Shown here piece by piece: positions 9,699-19,292 of a DNA stretch of 64,000 nt. A program made the translations under genes and the position numbers. Within the stretch, counting starts at the first letter, position 1; each line of letters begins with the position of its first letter. Under the pieces are notes generated by a model, which saw only the letters and a program-made list of their open reading frames with translations, was not told the origin of the DNA and did not search any database. The DNA comes from an uncultured Defluviitaleaceae bacterium (lineage in GTDB: Bacteria > Bacillota > Clostridia > Lachnospirales > WRBF01): NCBI GenBank assembly GCA_964468805.1, contig CAYXWM010000003.1:33303-97302 (forward strand), in the 5' to 3' direction.

Positions 9699-10295
9699 AT
9701 GTTTGAATCAAGATTTGACAACAGTGATGTTCTGCATAATCTGACTAAAACCGTTGACATACCCATAGAGCTTTATGAATCTGTCTTAGGCAAGTATTTT
9801 ATCGGTTATGGGGATAATCTTGCCCTGGGTAAAGGTACCGCCGCATGGGCAAGGCTTTATAATCCGGAAAACTCAGGAGTAAACTTACACGTTAATGTTT
9901 GGACAGTTACAGACATATCCAATTCTCCGTTTAGGGCACAGTTTTGGTTTAATTCGGAAATTTCCGGAAATTATTTGGAGTCAGAATTGGTGACTCCTTC
10001 AAACACTGCTTTACGCCCTGCTCCCATTCCTAAGGTGAAGTTGCAAACGGCGTCAAATGTAAAGGATACTCCGGTTGGAGGTATTAAAGCTTACGTCAGG
10101 AGAGGCGATCCCAATACAACCGTAGCTGAAAATGAAAACGGAAAATTAATTTTTCCTCCCGGTGGGTCATTCTTGGTTTATCTGACAATCTATAACGATA
10201 ATCCGGAAGAAACGGCAGCGGGAAGAATAGCATTCGGTTGGTGGGAAGAAGAAATTCCTGTTAATAGGGAAATTAAAGCGGATTATATACTTTAA
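9699..10295 (+). CDS. hypothetical protein (beta-rich, no recognised motif)
   Basis: 198 aa from the ATG at 9699, with SD-like AAGGGTGAG upstream. It has its own terminator. No signal peptide or TM segment seen. Confidence 0.6.
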   Translation: MFESRFDNSDVLHNLTKTVDIPIELYESVLGKYFIGYGDNLALGKGTAAWARLYNPENSGVNLHVNVWTVTDISNSPFRAQFWFNSEISGNYLESELVTPSNTALRPAPIPKVKLQTASNVKDTPVGGIKAYVRRGDPNTTVAENENGKLIFPPGGSFLVYLTIYNDNPEETAAGRIAFGWWEEEIPVNREIKADYIL

Positions 10296-10346
10296 AATTT
10301 AAAATTTGCAATTAAACTTACTTATGCTACATAGATTTTCAACTAC

Positions 10347-10378
10347 AAAAGCCCGATTAATTTCGGGCTTTGTCTTTT
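10347..10378. terminator. bidirectional terminator between the hypothetical gene and asnB
   Basis: AAAGCCCGA / TCGGGCTTT stem with T-runs on both strands. Confidence 0.75.
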
Positions 10379-10397
10379 CATTATTTACTGTATTATA

Positions 10398-12230
10398 TTA
10401 AACCGCATTATCTTCGAAAAATACTCCGTACCAAACCAAAAACATATATACAGTCCAAATTTTACGGCTGTTGTCCTGTTTGCCGGATTTATGCATATCC
10501 AGTAATTTTACCAATTCATCAGTATTAAAGTAAATTGCCGCGGCTTCGCTTTGGAAAGCCTCTTTTACTTTGTTGTAATATTTATCTTCTCTAAGCCATA
10601 TTCTTATAGGTACGGGAAAGCCCAGTTTCTTTTTATTGCGTACTTCTTGGGGTAAATACTCTTGGGTAGCCATACGGAAAGCGTATTTTGTACTTGTTTT
10701 GTTAACCCTATAATCCACCGGAATTTTGGAGGCAACTTTAAAAACTTCCTTATCCACAAATGGCACACGAACCTCCAGGGAGTTTGCCATACTCATCTTA
10801 TCAGCTTTTAAGAGTATGTCGCCTACCAACCAGAAATGTATGTCTATATACTGCATTTTGGTTATATCATCAACCCCGGATACTTGATCGTAATAGGGTT
10901 TTGTAAGGTCTTGGGGCGTATAATCGGTAACGGGCTTTTTAAGAATAACGTCCCGTTCTTTTTTGGAGAAGATATTGGCATTGCCTATAAAACGTTCTTC
11001 TATGGTTTTACTGCCGCGGATAAAGAAATTCTTACCCTTAAATTTAAAGGGAATAACCTGCATTAAATTACCCATAAACTTTCTCAGCCACATAGGCATG
11101 GAAGTTATAAGTTTTAAATCCAACGGCTCTTTATAAATATTATATCCGCCGAAAAACTCATCGGCACCTTCTCCGGACAAGGCACCCTTTACGTGCTTGG
11201 AAGCCAATTTACTAACAAAATAAAGTGCCACAGCCGCAGGGTCTGCCAAAGGCTCGTCCATATGATACTGCACCTTTGTTAAGCTGTCCCAATATTCTTC
11301 GGTGGTTATGCACATATTAATGTTATTAATACCCACTGTTTCGGAAAGCTGTTTGGCATACTCTATTTCATTATAGGACTCGTAATCAAAGCCCACTGTA
11401 AAGGTCTTGTTTCCTTTAAAGCAAGCCGCTATATAACTTGAATCCACACCACTTGACAAAAAAGAACCTACTTCAACGTCGGAAATTTTATGTTTTACTA
11501 TGGAATCCTGGACGGTTTTGTCTATTGATTTTACCGTCGGGGTAAGGCTCATCTTAACCGGATTAAAGGCGGCTTGGAAATACCTGGTTATGGTTAATTC
11601 GCCCTTTTGGAATACCAAATAATGAGCCGGCATTAATTTATATACATTTTTAAAGAAGGTTTCAGGCAATACCGAATATTGAAAGGTTAAGTAATTCTCC
11701 AAAGCCTCTTGATTTACTTCCTTTTTAAAATGAGGATAGGAGAGAAAACTTTTAATTTCCGAAGCAAAAAGCATTTGATTATTTATTAAAGAATAATAAA
11801 AAGGCTTGATACCGAAGAAATCCCTTGCGGCAAACAACAGCTCTTTTTTCATATCATATATTACAAAGGCAAACATACCTCGTAAATGTTTCAGCATATC
11901 GTAGCCGTATTCCTCATAAAGATGAATCAACGTCTCCGTATCCGAACGATTGGCAAAGGTATGACCCTTTTCAATCAAACTTTGCCTTAAAGTTGCATAA
12001 TTATATATTTCACCGTTAAATACTATTACTATAGACTTGTCCTCATTGTACATAGGTTGATTTCCCTCGGTCAGGTCTATAAAGCTTAACCTGCGAAAAC
12101 CAAGGGTAATGTTATTGTCGCTATGTATACCATAAGAATCCGGTCCTCGATGGATTATCTTGTCCATCATGGCCTTAATTACTCTGTCTTTATCTTCCGT
12201 TTCTCCGGTAAATCCGCAAATACCGCACAT
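10398..12230 (-). CDS. asnB: asparagine synthase (glutamine-hydrolysing)
   Basis: 610 aa. N-terminal MCGI nucleophile Cys of class II amidotransferases and the SSGVDSS PP-loop. Confidence 0.9.
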   Translation of the reverse strand: MCGICGFTGETEDKDRVIKAMMDKIIHRGPDSYGIHSDNNITLGFRRLSFIDLTEGNQPMYNEDKSIVIVFNGEIYNYATLRQSLIEKGHTFANRSDTETLIHLYEEYGYDMLKHLRGMFAFVIYDMKKELLFAARDFFGIKPFYYSLINNQMLFASEIKSFLSYPHFKKEVNQEALENYLTFQYSVLPETFFKNVYKLMPAHYLVFQKGELTITRYFQAAFNPVKMSLTPTVKSIDKTVQDSIVKHKISDVEVGSFLSSGVDSSYIAACFKGNKTFTVGFDYESYNEIEYAKQLSETVGINNINMCITTEEYWDSLTKVQYHMDEPLADPAAVALYFVSKLASKHVKGALSGEGADEFFGGYNIYKEPLDLKLITSMPMWLRKFMGNLMQVIPFKFKGKNFFIRGSKTIEERFIGNANIFSKKERDVILKKPVTDYTPQDLTKPYYDQVSGVDDITKMQYIDIHFWLVGDILLKADKMSMANSLEVRVPFVDKEVFKVASKIPVDYRVNKTSTKYAFRMATQEYLPQEVRNKKKLGFPVPIRIWLREDKYYNKVKEAFQSEAAAIYFNTDELVKLLDMHKSGKQDNSRKIWTVYMFLVWYGVFFEDNAV

Positions 12231-12741
12231 AACAGCCTCCTGAGATTCTTAAATAATGCAAAAACGTACTCATAACGTAAAAATTTCCCGGAACTAAATT
12301 TGCAAGGCAAATTATTCGACTGCATGGAAATCACGTTATAAAACATATTTATATAAAAGCTTGACAATTTTAACAGATTTTATAATTAAATGTTCCTTAT
12401 AATTCTTTTTAATTGCTCCGCCTTAAACCTTAATTAATTGTTCCCATAGGAATAAAATTCTAACATGTTCGGCGTTTTAAATCAAGCCGGAAAAAAAATA
12501 TTAAAATATATTGTTAAAAACACCGTTCATGATATAATAACTTGTATAACCATAATTTGCGAGATTTTAGAATACGACTTTTCCGGCGATGTTTTTTACA
12601 TTGGCTTATGTTGCTCCAAGACTTCGCTAAAGATTTAAAAAGGCTCTACGGTATAAATGCTTTAATAAAATCCAACAAATACCGACAAATAATACAGCGG
12701 AGAATACACCCGGAGATTAATATATTTAAGGAGGTTTGAAC

Positions 12742-13656
12742 ATGTTTGAAACCAAAAAGAAAGAAATATTACTCGAGAGCGGAACAAACGAGTTGGAGGT
12801 TATGGAATTTACCATTGCCGACAGACATTTCGGCATTAACGTTTCAAAAGTTGTTGAAATAATGCAATACAACAAAATAACTCCCATGCCTAATTCCAAT
12901 CCATTTGTAGAAGGTGTTTTCAAGCCGCGTGAAACTATAATGACGGTTATAAACCTTGCGGCCTTTATGGGATTGCCGCCTTCTCCGTCTGAAGAAAGAG
13001 ATATTTTAATTATTACCAATTTTAATAAGGTAAGCTCTGCATTCCACGTTCATACCGTGGAAGCTATACATCGTATTTCCTGGTCAGACATAGAAAAGCC
13101 CGACCCTGCCATATACGGCGGCGAAGAAGGTTTGGCAACCGGAATTGCTCGTTTTGACAACCGTTTAATTACCATAGTAGACTTTGAAAAAATCTTGGTG
13201 GAAATCAATCCGCAAGTGGGTATACAGTTATCCGAAATCTCCGATTTGGGTCACAGAGACAAAAACTCAAAACCCATACTTATAGCCGAAGATTCTCAAT
13301 TGCTTAAAAGAATGTTGCATGAAGCCTTGGGTAAAGCCGGATACACAAACATTATCGAATGCAGCAACGGTTTGGAAGCTTGGGAGAAACTCAAAGCATA
13401 CAAAGAAAGCGGTCTGCCTATTCAAAACTACGTTTCCTGCGTTATTACAGACATTGAAATGCCTCAAATGGACGGTCATCATTTAACCAAGTTAATCAAA
13501 GATGACAGGGATTTGAGAATTTTGCCCGTTATAATATTCTCCTCGCTCATAAACAATGAAATGAGAAACAAAGGTAGCCAGCTTGGCGTTGACGCTCAAC
13601 TTTCAAAGCCCGAAATAGGAAACTTGATACACACCGTAGACCAACTTATTATTTAA
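12742..13656 (+). CDS. cheV: chemotaxis protein CheV (CheW-like domain plus receiver domain)
   Basis: N-terminal CheW-like domain. C-terminal REC domain (ILIAEDS..., DIEMPQMDG, K in SKP). ATG at 12742 is 7 nt after AAGGAGG. Confidence 0.85.
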   Translation: MFETKKKEILLESGTNELEVMEFTIADRHFGINVSKVVEIMQYNKITPMPNSNPFVEGVFKPRETIMTVINLAAFMGLPPSPSEERDILIITNFNKVSSAFHVHTVEAIHRISWSDIEKPDPAIYGGEEGLATGIARFDNRLITIVDFEKILVEINPQVGIQLSEISDLGHRDKNSKPILIAEDSQLLKRMLHEALGKAGYTNIIECSNGLEAWEKLKAYKESGLPIQNYVSCVITDIEMPQMDGHHLTKLIKDDRDLRILPVIIFSSLINNEMRNKGSQLGVDAQLSKPEIGNLIHTVDQLII

Positions 13657-13663
13657 AAAATTT

Positions 13664-13698
13664 CACCTTTAGGAGTAAGCGACCTAAAGGTTTTTTTA
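13664..13698 (+). terminator. intrinsic terminator after cheV
   Basis: CCTTTAGG / CCTAAAGG stem followed by T7. Confidence 0.8.
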
Positions 13699-13707
13699 TT
13701 GGGTTTA

Positions 13708-13829
13708 TACTTAATTTCGAGTTAAATAGTAACAAAAGTGGTGAGCGACCGGTGTTTTTTTCATGAAAACGCAAGAGGGAAGCGTTTACGAAGAATAGCT
13801 TTTGTTACTATTCATCATGCAATTAAGGA
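13708..13829. repeat. family-1 MITE-like repeat, copy B (short internal deletion)
   Basis: Same termini (TACTTAATT / AATTAAGGA) with TA on both sides. It lacks about 12 nt (CGTATATTCGTG) present in copy F. Confidence 0.85.
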
Positions 13830-13926
13830 TAATTGGAGATATAACTTGCTTCATCCGGAATTTGTACTTACATTGAATCCTTTTGTTCCGAATATAATGT
13901 TAAAAAAACCGAAAGGAATAGGATGA

Positions 13927-15477
13927 ATGTCAAGTTTTAAAAGTTATCGCCGAAAGCCGAAAATAGAGCATTTGACTAATTCTACCGGGGCGCCGTTGTA
14001 TAATGACATTTCTTCAATAACTACTCAACAGCCGGACTTTACCGTGACTTGGGATACGCAACTGATAGAAAAACTGTCCCATTTTAACAGGGAACGCATA
14101 CCCGAAAGAGTAGTACATGCCAAAGGAGCCGGAGCATTCGGTGTATTTGAGGTAACAAATGATTTGTCTATGTATACGAGAGCTTCATTCCTGTCACACG
14201 TAGGCAAAAGAACACCTGTATTGGTGCGTTTTTCCACTGTGGGCGGCGAAAAAGGCTCCGCAGATTCCGCCAGAGACCCCAGAGGATTTGCCGTTAAATT
14301 TTATACCGATGAGGGCAACTATGACATTGTGGGAAACAATACCCCGGTATTCTTTATCCGAGATGCCTTGAAATTTCCCGACTTTATACATACCCAAAAA
14401 CGCAATCCGGTAACCAACTTAAAAGACCCTAACGCCGTTTGGGACTTTTTTTCCCTTACTCCCGAGTCTATGCATCAGGTAACCATTTTGTATTCAAGCC
14501 GAGGCACTCCCAAAAATTTCAGGCATATGCACGGTTTCGGCACCCATACCTTTATGTGGTATACGGATAAAAATGATTATATCTGGGTTAAATTAAACTT
14601 TATCACAGACCAAGGTATAGAAAACTTTAACAGGGAAGAAGCTATAGAAACAGCCGGCAAAGACCCGGATTATTCAACACGGGATTTGTATAACGCAATA
14701 GAAAAAGGTAACTACCCGTCTTGGCGACTTTATGCTCAAATGATGACAAAGGAACAGGCAGAAACGTATCGCTTTAACCCCTTTGATGTTACCAAAGTCT
14801 GGTATCAAGCCGATTTTCCCTATATTCCTGTGGGCAAAATGACCCTAAACGAAATACCGCTTAATTTCTTTAATCAAGTTGAACAAGCGGCATTTTCACC
14901 GGGTAACTTTGTTCCGGGAGTTGGTCCTTCACCTGACAAAATGCTAAACGCCAGGGTTTTTGCTTATCCCGATGCACAACGGCACAGAATAGGCCCCAAC
15001 TTTAATCAACTGCCCGTAAATTCACCCATAAATGCTAAAGTAGCAAACTATCAACGTGACGGCTCCATGAATTTGGATAACGCCGGATTCCCCAATTATT
15101 TTCCAAACACCTTTAACGGACCGGCTCCCGATCCCGACCTTACGCCTCCAAAATTAAGCGTCAGAGGTACTGTGGCACGTCACGAAATGCCCTTTACTCC
15201 CATAGACCTGGAGCAACCTCGCAGACTTTTTTCCTCCATTATGGACGATAAAGAACGAGAAATGCTTATACACAATATTTGCAGCGATATGAAAGACGTA
15301 CTTCCTCGTATTCAATACAGGCAAACCGCTTTATTCTACCTTACCGACCCGGACTACGGTACCGGAGTAGCAGAAGGTTTAAACCTGGATATAGCCGGTG
15401 TAAAAAAACTTGCCGAAATGACCCAAGAAGAAAGAGTTAACGCAACCAGCGGAATGTTAAGAAATTATTGCTGGTAA
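13927..15477 (+). CDS. katA: monofunctional heme catalase
   Basis: 516 aa. RERIPERVVHAKGAGAFG active-site His signature and the proximal-Tyr region RVFAYPDAQRHR. Confidence 0.9.
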   Translation: MSSFKSYRRKPKIEHLTNSTGAPLYNDISSITTQQPDFTVTWDTQLIEKLSHFNRERIPERVVHAKGAGAFGVFEVTNDLSMYTRASFLSHVGKRTPVLVRFSTVGGEKGSADSARDPRGFAVKFYTDEGNYDIVGNNTPVFFIRDALKFPDFIHTQKRNPVTNLKDPNAVWDFFSLTPESMHQVTILYSSRGTPKNFRHMHGFGTHTFMWYTDKNDYIWVKLNFITDQGIENFNREEAIETAGKDPDYSTRDLYNAIEKGNYPSWRLYAQMMTKEQAETYRFNPFDVTKVWYQADFPYIPVGKMTLNEIPLNFFNQVEQAAFSPGNFVPGVGPSPDKMLNARVFAYPDAQRHRIGPNFNQLPVNSPINAKVANYQRDGSMNLDNAGFPNYFPNTFNGPAPDPDLTPPKLSVRGTVARHEMPFTPIDLEQPRRLFSSIMDDKEREMLIHNICSDMKDVLPRIQYRQTALFYLTDPDYGTGVAEGLNLDIAGVKKLAEMTQEERVNATSGMLRNYCW

Positions 15478-15498
15478 AAATAGGTGTTTAATAAATAA

Positions 15499-15537
15499 GA
15501 ATTCGTCGGATTTGTAAAATTCCGTCGAATTTTTATT
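15499..15537 (+). terminator. intrinsic terminator after the catalase gene
   Basis: AATTCGTCGGA / TCCGTCGAATT stem with one mismatch, followed by TTTTTATTT. Confidence 0.65.
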
Positions 15538-15809
15538 TGCATTAATTTTTGAATATTTACAGAATATATTAATATATTGTTAAGAATGCACAGTTGAATT
15601 AATTATGTAAATTTACTCTTTGATATGTATTAATTTTATCTATTTTCAGCATTAATTACATTAGCAAACTATCCTAAACTATGTTAATATTAGATAAGTT
15701 TAACTTAAAATTAATTCAGTTATCTGATTAAGTAAAGTAAACGTCAGCGTTTACAAAATTTTTGTGGAGGTGAATAATAGGCTTCCGAAAGCTGCGGAGC
15801 CTATAAATT

Positions 15810-16328
15810 ATGGCTGAACTTATTAAATTTGAATTTAGAAATTTGCCGAAGATATACGTAGTCGGTAAAGAAATTAAGGTTAAAGTCAGCGAAGTTATGA
15901 TGAATAATCCCATCCCAAAATTTTGGAAAAGCTGTATGGAGGATTGTTTTTTTAACGATATTGATTTTAATAAAGAAACCGTGTACGAAAATTCGTTGGT
16001 AGGTTTTATGTCAGAAATCAACGGAGACGGTTTTTCTTATATATGCGGAGTACCGCTTACCCACAATGAGTTCACTGCTCCCGATGATTATACAATAAAA
16101 GAAACTGAACCTATGAATGTTGCCGTAGGTTACGTTAAGGGTAAAGATGTGGCAGATGTGTATATGCAAGCTCATCAGTTTACTATTGAAGAAATTAAAG
16201 CACGAGGATATAAAACTGATATGAATTCTTGGTGCATGGAGCTGTATAACAACCCAAGGTTTACCCAACCGGATCAAGAGGGAAATATAATTATGGATTA
16301 TTATTTACCTTGCTTCCCTGAAAGCTAA
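15810..16328 (+). CDS. GyrI-like / AraC-effector-binding-type small-molecule-binding domain protein (tentative)
   Basis: 172 aa. The size and the pattern (VVG..., IPKFW, ...Y..G..., ELY...) resemble stand-alone GyrI-like domain proteins. Assignment by recognition only. Confidence 0.45.
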   Translation: MAELIKFEFRNLPKIYVVGKEIKVKVSEVMMNNPIPKFWKSCMEDCFFNDIDFNKETVYENSLVGFMSEINGDGFSYICGVPLTHNEFTAPDDYTIKETEPMNVAVGYVKGKDVADVYMQAHQFTIEEIKARGYKTDMNSWCMELYNNPRFTQPDQEGNIIMDYYLPCFPES

Positions 16329-16525
16329 TAATATAAAATTAGGTAATAGTACAACTTAAACTTTTTTGCTGTAAAGGTGCTTTATTTCATTAAGAATATT
16401 ACAAATTCCGGTTTTTTAACTTCAGAAAAAATTTTTTATCCTCAATTAAACCGGTTTTTCCCATAAATAAACGAATTTTTCCTAAAATTTCCCGGGGACT
16501 TTTGTATTTAGCTTTGATTAAGTAA

Positions 16526-16554
16526 TTGACGGCACTGTAGAAATATGTTAGAAT
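16526..16554 (+). promoter_or_regulatory. sigma-A promoter of abrB
   Basis: TTGACG, 17-nt spacer, TAGAAT, about 45 nt upstream of the abrB start. Confidence 0.55.
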
Positions 16555-16598
16555 TAAATGGATTTTGCATATAAAAGCAGCTAGAGGGGAGGTTTATT

Positions 16599-16859
16599 AT
16601 GAGACCGTTTGGCACCATTCGTAAAGTAGACGAATTAGGAAGAATTGTATTACCGTCCAGCCTTCGTAAAACATTTAATATCCAAGAAAAGGATTCTTTG
16701 GAATTTTTTACCGATGACGATAAAATTATTCTTAAGAAATATAATGCAGGTGATATATTTACCGGCGAAATGGAAGATTTAATCGAATACAAAGGCAAGA
16801 AAATTTCTAAAAAAACTATTATGGAACTGGTTAAGTTGGCAGAAGCTTCCGAAGAATAA
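16599..16859 (+). CDS. abrB: AbrB family transition-state regulator
   Basis: 86 aa. GTIRKVDELGRIVLPSSLRKTFNIQEKDSLEFFTDDDKIILKKY is near-collinear with Bacillus AbrB (SpoVT-AbrB swapped-hairpin domain). RBS GAGGGGAGG. Confidence 0.85.
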   Translation: MRPFGTIRKVDELGRIVLPSSLRKTFNIQEKDSLEFFTDDDKIILKKYNAGDIFTGEMEDLIEYKGKKISKKTIMELVKLAEASEE

Positions 16860-16948
16860 CAGTTTCCACGGAACAAAGCCGATTCAATTTTAGGGAATTG
16901 TTTTGGCTGTTCAGGATTTTTACGCTTATTTAAGCTAAAATACAAGAT

Positions 16949-16990
16949 AAACAAGGCATGAGAACTTACACTCATGCCTTGTTTTTTTTC
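16949..16990. terminator. bidirectional terminator between abrB and the fetB-like gene
   Basis: AACAAGGCATGAG / CTCATGCCTTGTT stem followed by T8. Confidence 0.8.
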
Positions 16991-17764
16991 TTAATATTGC
17001 ATTTGGTTTCTTGCATTATACAGAGTTCTGCTTCCAAAAAACAATGAGCAAAACACAGCCAAACAGGTAACCGTGGTAATTGCAATTATAATTGCAATTT
17101 GATATAGAATTGCGGTTGTGGGTACTGTACCCGATAAAATTTGACCTGTCATCATACCGGGCAGCGAAATTATTCCCATACCAAGCATAGAATTTAGTGT
17201 GGGGAGCAAGGCGGTTTCCAGTGCACTGTTGACAAAAGGAGTAAGAATTTTCTTGGGTGTAGCACCTATGTTTATTAGGGTGTCTATTCTCAGTTTTTCT
17301 GTGCTTATCTTCTCGGAGAAGGTTTTTAGACCCAAGCTGATTCCCGTCATAGCATTTCCCATTATCATACCGCTTATGGGAATGGTGTATTGAGGGTTAA
17401 AGAAATTCACTCCCACAACCCCGGCAACGAAAAAAATCGTTATGCTTAACCCTGTAACCGCAAGAGAAAGTCCCACGATAAATTTAAATTTTTTGTTCAG
17501 ACTCTTATTGCGAGACAATACGGTATGAACTGAAAAACCGCTCATGGCAATAAGATACAGAACAGTAAATACCGGATGAGGGTTACGGAAAATATAGGTT
17601 AAAATAAACCCGGCAAGTACCAGTTGGACAGTCATACGAATACTTGCAAACAACAGCAATTTTGTTTGATTAATCTTGCATTTTTTCATAACTGCCATTA
17701 CTACCAACAGCAGCACGTAAACAACGGAAAATTGAAATATATTTAAGGGTGCGGCTCCGTCCAT
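16991..17764 (-). CDS. ABC transporter permease, YbbM/FetB (UPF0014) family
   Basis: 257 aa, about 7 TM helices. Length and pairing with a YbbL-type ATPase are typical of the FetAB putative iron exporter. Confidence 0.65.
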   Translation of the reverse strand: MDGAAPLNIFQFSVVYVLLLVVMAVMKKCKINQTKLLLFASIRMTVQLVLAGFILTYIFRNPHPVFTVLYLIAMSGFSVHTVLSRNKSLNKKFKFIVGLSLAVTGLSITIFFVAGVVGVNFFNPQYTIPISGMIMGNAMTGISLGLKTFSEKISTEKLRIDTLINIGATPKKILTPFVNSALETALLPTLNSMLGMGIISLPGMMTGQILSGTVPTTAILYQIAIIIAITTVTCLAVFCSLFFGSRTLYNARNQMQY

Positions 17765-17765
17765 C

Positions 17766-18389
17766 TTAATCCCTCCCGGTCAATTCCAAAATACTGTCCC
17801 CAAAATCCTCCGCAAGGGATTTATTATGAGTAACCACAGCTAAACTAATGTCATTGTTAGTGCAGAAGTTTTTTATATTCTCCATAAGTCTTTGGGAATT
17901 ATGCTCGTCTAAGGCACTTGTAGGTTCATCAAGCATAAGTACCTTGGGCATGAAAGACAGGCATAGAGCAATGAAAACTCTCTGTTTTTCTCCTCCGGAT
18001 AAGTTACCGCAAAAAGAATCAAGCGGAAAATCGGCAAGGCAAATTTTCAAATATTCTTTAATGGTATTATCATCAGGTTTTTTTATATCTCTGTATTCGT
18101 AAAATTCATGAAAGTTGTCTCTGATAGTCCTGTCAAACAAAAAAACCGTCTGATTTACAAGTAAAACCTCTTTACGTAATTCTATTGGGTCGTAGCTTTC
18201 TATATTTTTACCCAAATAAGTAATTTCGCCTTTATCTGGGGATATAATGCCGTTTAGCAGCTTTAGTAAGGTGCTTTTTCCGCAACCGCTTCTTCCGCAA
18301 ATAAAAGTTGCTTTGTTTGATTGAATTTCTATATAGGGATACCGGACTATATCTTTATAGTTTACGTCTTTTATCGTAAATAAGGCCAT
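17766..18389 (-). CDS. ABC transporter ATP-binding protein, YbbL/FetA family
   Basis: Walker A GRSGCGKST, signature LSGGEKQR, Walker B LMLDEPTS. Start set at the ATG 4 nt after GGAGGA. The tracked start at 18401 overlaps that SD. Confidence 0.75.
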   Translation of the reverse strand: MALFTIKDVNYKDIVRYPYIEIQSNKATFICGRSGCGKSTLLKLLNGIISPDKGEITYLGKNIESYDPIELRKEVLLVNQTVFLFDRTIRDNFHEFYEYRDIKKPDDNTIKEYLKICLADFPLDSFCGNLSGGEKQRVFIALCLSFMPKVLMLDEPTSALDEHNSQRLMENIKNFCTNNDISLAVVTHNKSLAEDFGDSILELTGRD

Positions 18390-18460
18390 GCTGTCCTCCA
18401 AAATTCCTATGGCAATGATTATAGCGGATTAAATTGATATAAGGCAGTGAATACCGATTA

Positions 18461-18592
18461 TACTTAATTTCATAAGGAATAGCTACAAAAGCTATTCTTC
18501 GTAAACGGTACGCTCTTGTGTTTTTATAAAAAAACACCGGTCGCTCACCACTGCGAATATACGCTTTTGTATCTACTTAACCGGAAATTATA
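18461..18592. repeat. family-1 MITE-like repeat, copy C (one degenerate end)
   Basis: Left terminus is TA+TACTTAATT. The right terminus is decayed (AATTATATTTA). The interior is collinear with the other copies. Confidence 0.8.
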
Positions 18593-18619
18593 TTTAGGTA
18601 AACCACTGTACCGGTAAAT

Positions 18620-18661
18620 CAAAAATGCATACGGACAGTATTTAATTCCGTATGCAAAAAT
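18620..18661 (-). terminator. intrinsic terminator after the nitroreductase gene
   Basis: TGCATACGGA / TCCGTATGCA stem with a T5 run on the minus strand. Confidence 0.75.
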
Positions 18662-18694
18662 AAATTTTGGGTAGTATTTTTATTAGAGTTCTAT

Positions 18695-19201
18695 TTAACC
18701 GGTGTATCTTTCGTAGTGAATTTTACTGTCGTTAAACTTGTTTTTTGCATTGGGAGTCTTTGCCGGATAACCGAAAGCAACTATTGCAAATACTTGCAAA
18801 TTACTTTCCAAGTTAAAATAATCTGCAACAAATTTCATTCTATCTTCACCCGGTGCAACCCCCATCCAAACACCGCCCAAGCCTATACTTACGGCTTCCA
18901 AGAGCATATTTTGCGTGGCGGCACTAAGGTCTTGTTGCCAATATTCCGGGCATACAGAACCGGTTGTGTTTGCCAAAACCACAATGCCAAGGGGAGCTGA
19001 TTCCAGCAATTTGGCATAGGGGTTTACGTCCGAAAGATATTTCAAGCTGTCTTTGTTTTCTACAACAATAAATTCCCAGGGCTGTTGGTTACAGGCTGAA
19101 GGAGCGGCCATGGCAGCTTTTAAAAGCATTTGAATCTTTTCTTTTTCTACCTTGTCCGGTTTAAACTCTCTCACACTGGTGCGTTGAAATATTTCATTCA
19201 T
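18695..19201 (-). CDS. nitroreductase family protein
   Basis: 168 aa. RTSVREF N-terminal motif and the PSACNQQPWEF FMN-binding region. Confidence 0.8.
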   Translation of the reverse strand: MNEIFQRTSVREFKPDKVEKEKIQMLLKAAMAAPSACNQQPWEFIVVENKDSLKYLSDVNPYAKLLESAPLGIVVLANTTGSVCPEYWQQDLSAATQNMLLEAVSIGLGGVWMGVAPGEDRMKFVADYFNLESNLQVFAIVAFGYPAKTPNAKNKFNDSKIHYERYTG

Positions 19202-19292
19202 AATATCACCCTTTTTTTTCTATAGGCGTTTAATTCTCCGCCCTGTTGAGGCAATACAAGTCTTTATAAACAAGTACTTCAGAACTATGTAA

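Noticed and set aside
12427-12530. Possible decayed family-1 copy upstream of cheV. CTTAATT, ATAGGAATA, GTTCGGCGTTTT and AAAAACACCGTTC appear in the same order as in the element.
   Set aside because: The matching blocks are short and are separated by indels of 5-30 nt. No second terminus is recognisable. It cannot be distinguished from chance in AT-rich DNA without a statistical alignment.
12662-12688. Sigma-D-like promoter for cheV (TTAA-N15-ACCGACAA).
   Set aside because: There are mismatches at key positions of both elements (TAAA and GCCGATAA). The match is much weaker than the flagellin one, so it was not called.
13738-13926. Small ORFs running through family-1 repeats (13738-13926 on the plus strand; 18355-18537 on the minus strand) that share the peptide RLRRIAFV.I.
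   Set aside because: The shared residues come only from the repeat DNA, and the sequences diverge completely outside it. There is no SD. Other copies are interrupted by stops in that frame.
16508-16975. 155-aa minus-strand ORF covering the whole abrB locus.
   Set aside because: The plus-strand 86-aa product is collinear with AbrB and has its own promoter, RBS and terminator. The minus-strand translation is Ser/Leu-rich with no start context.
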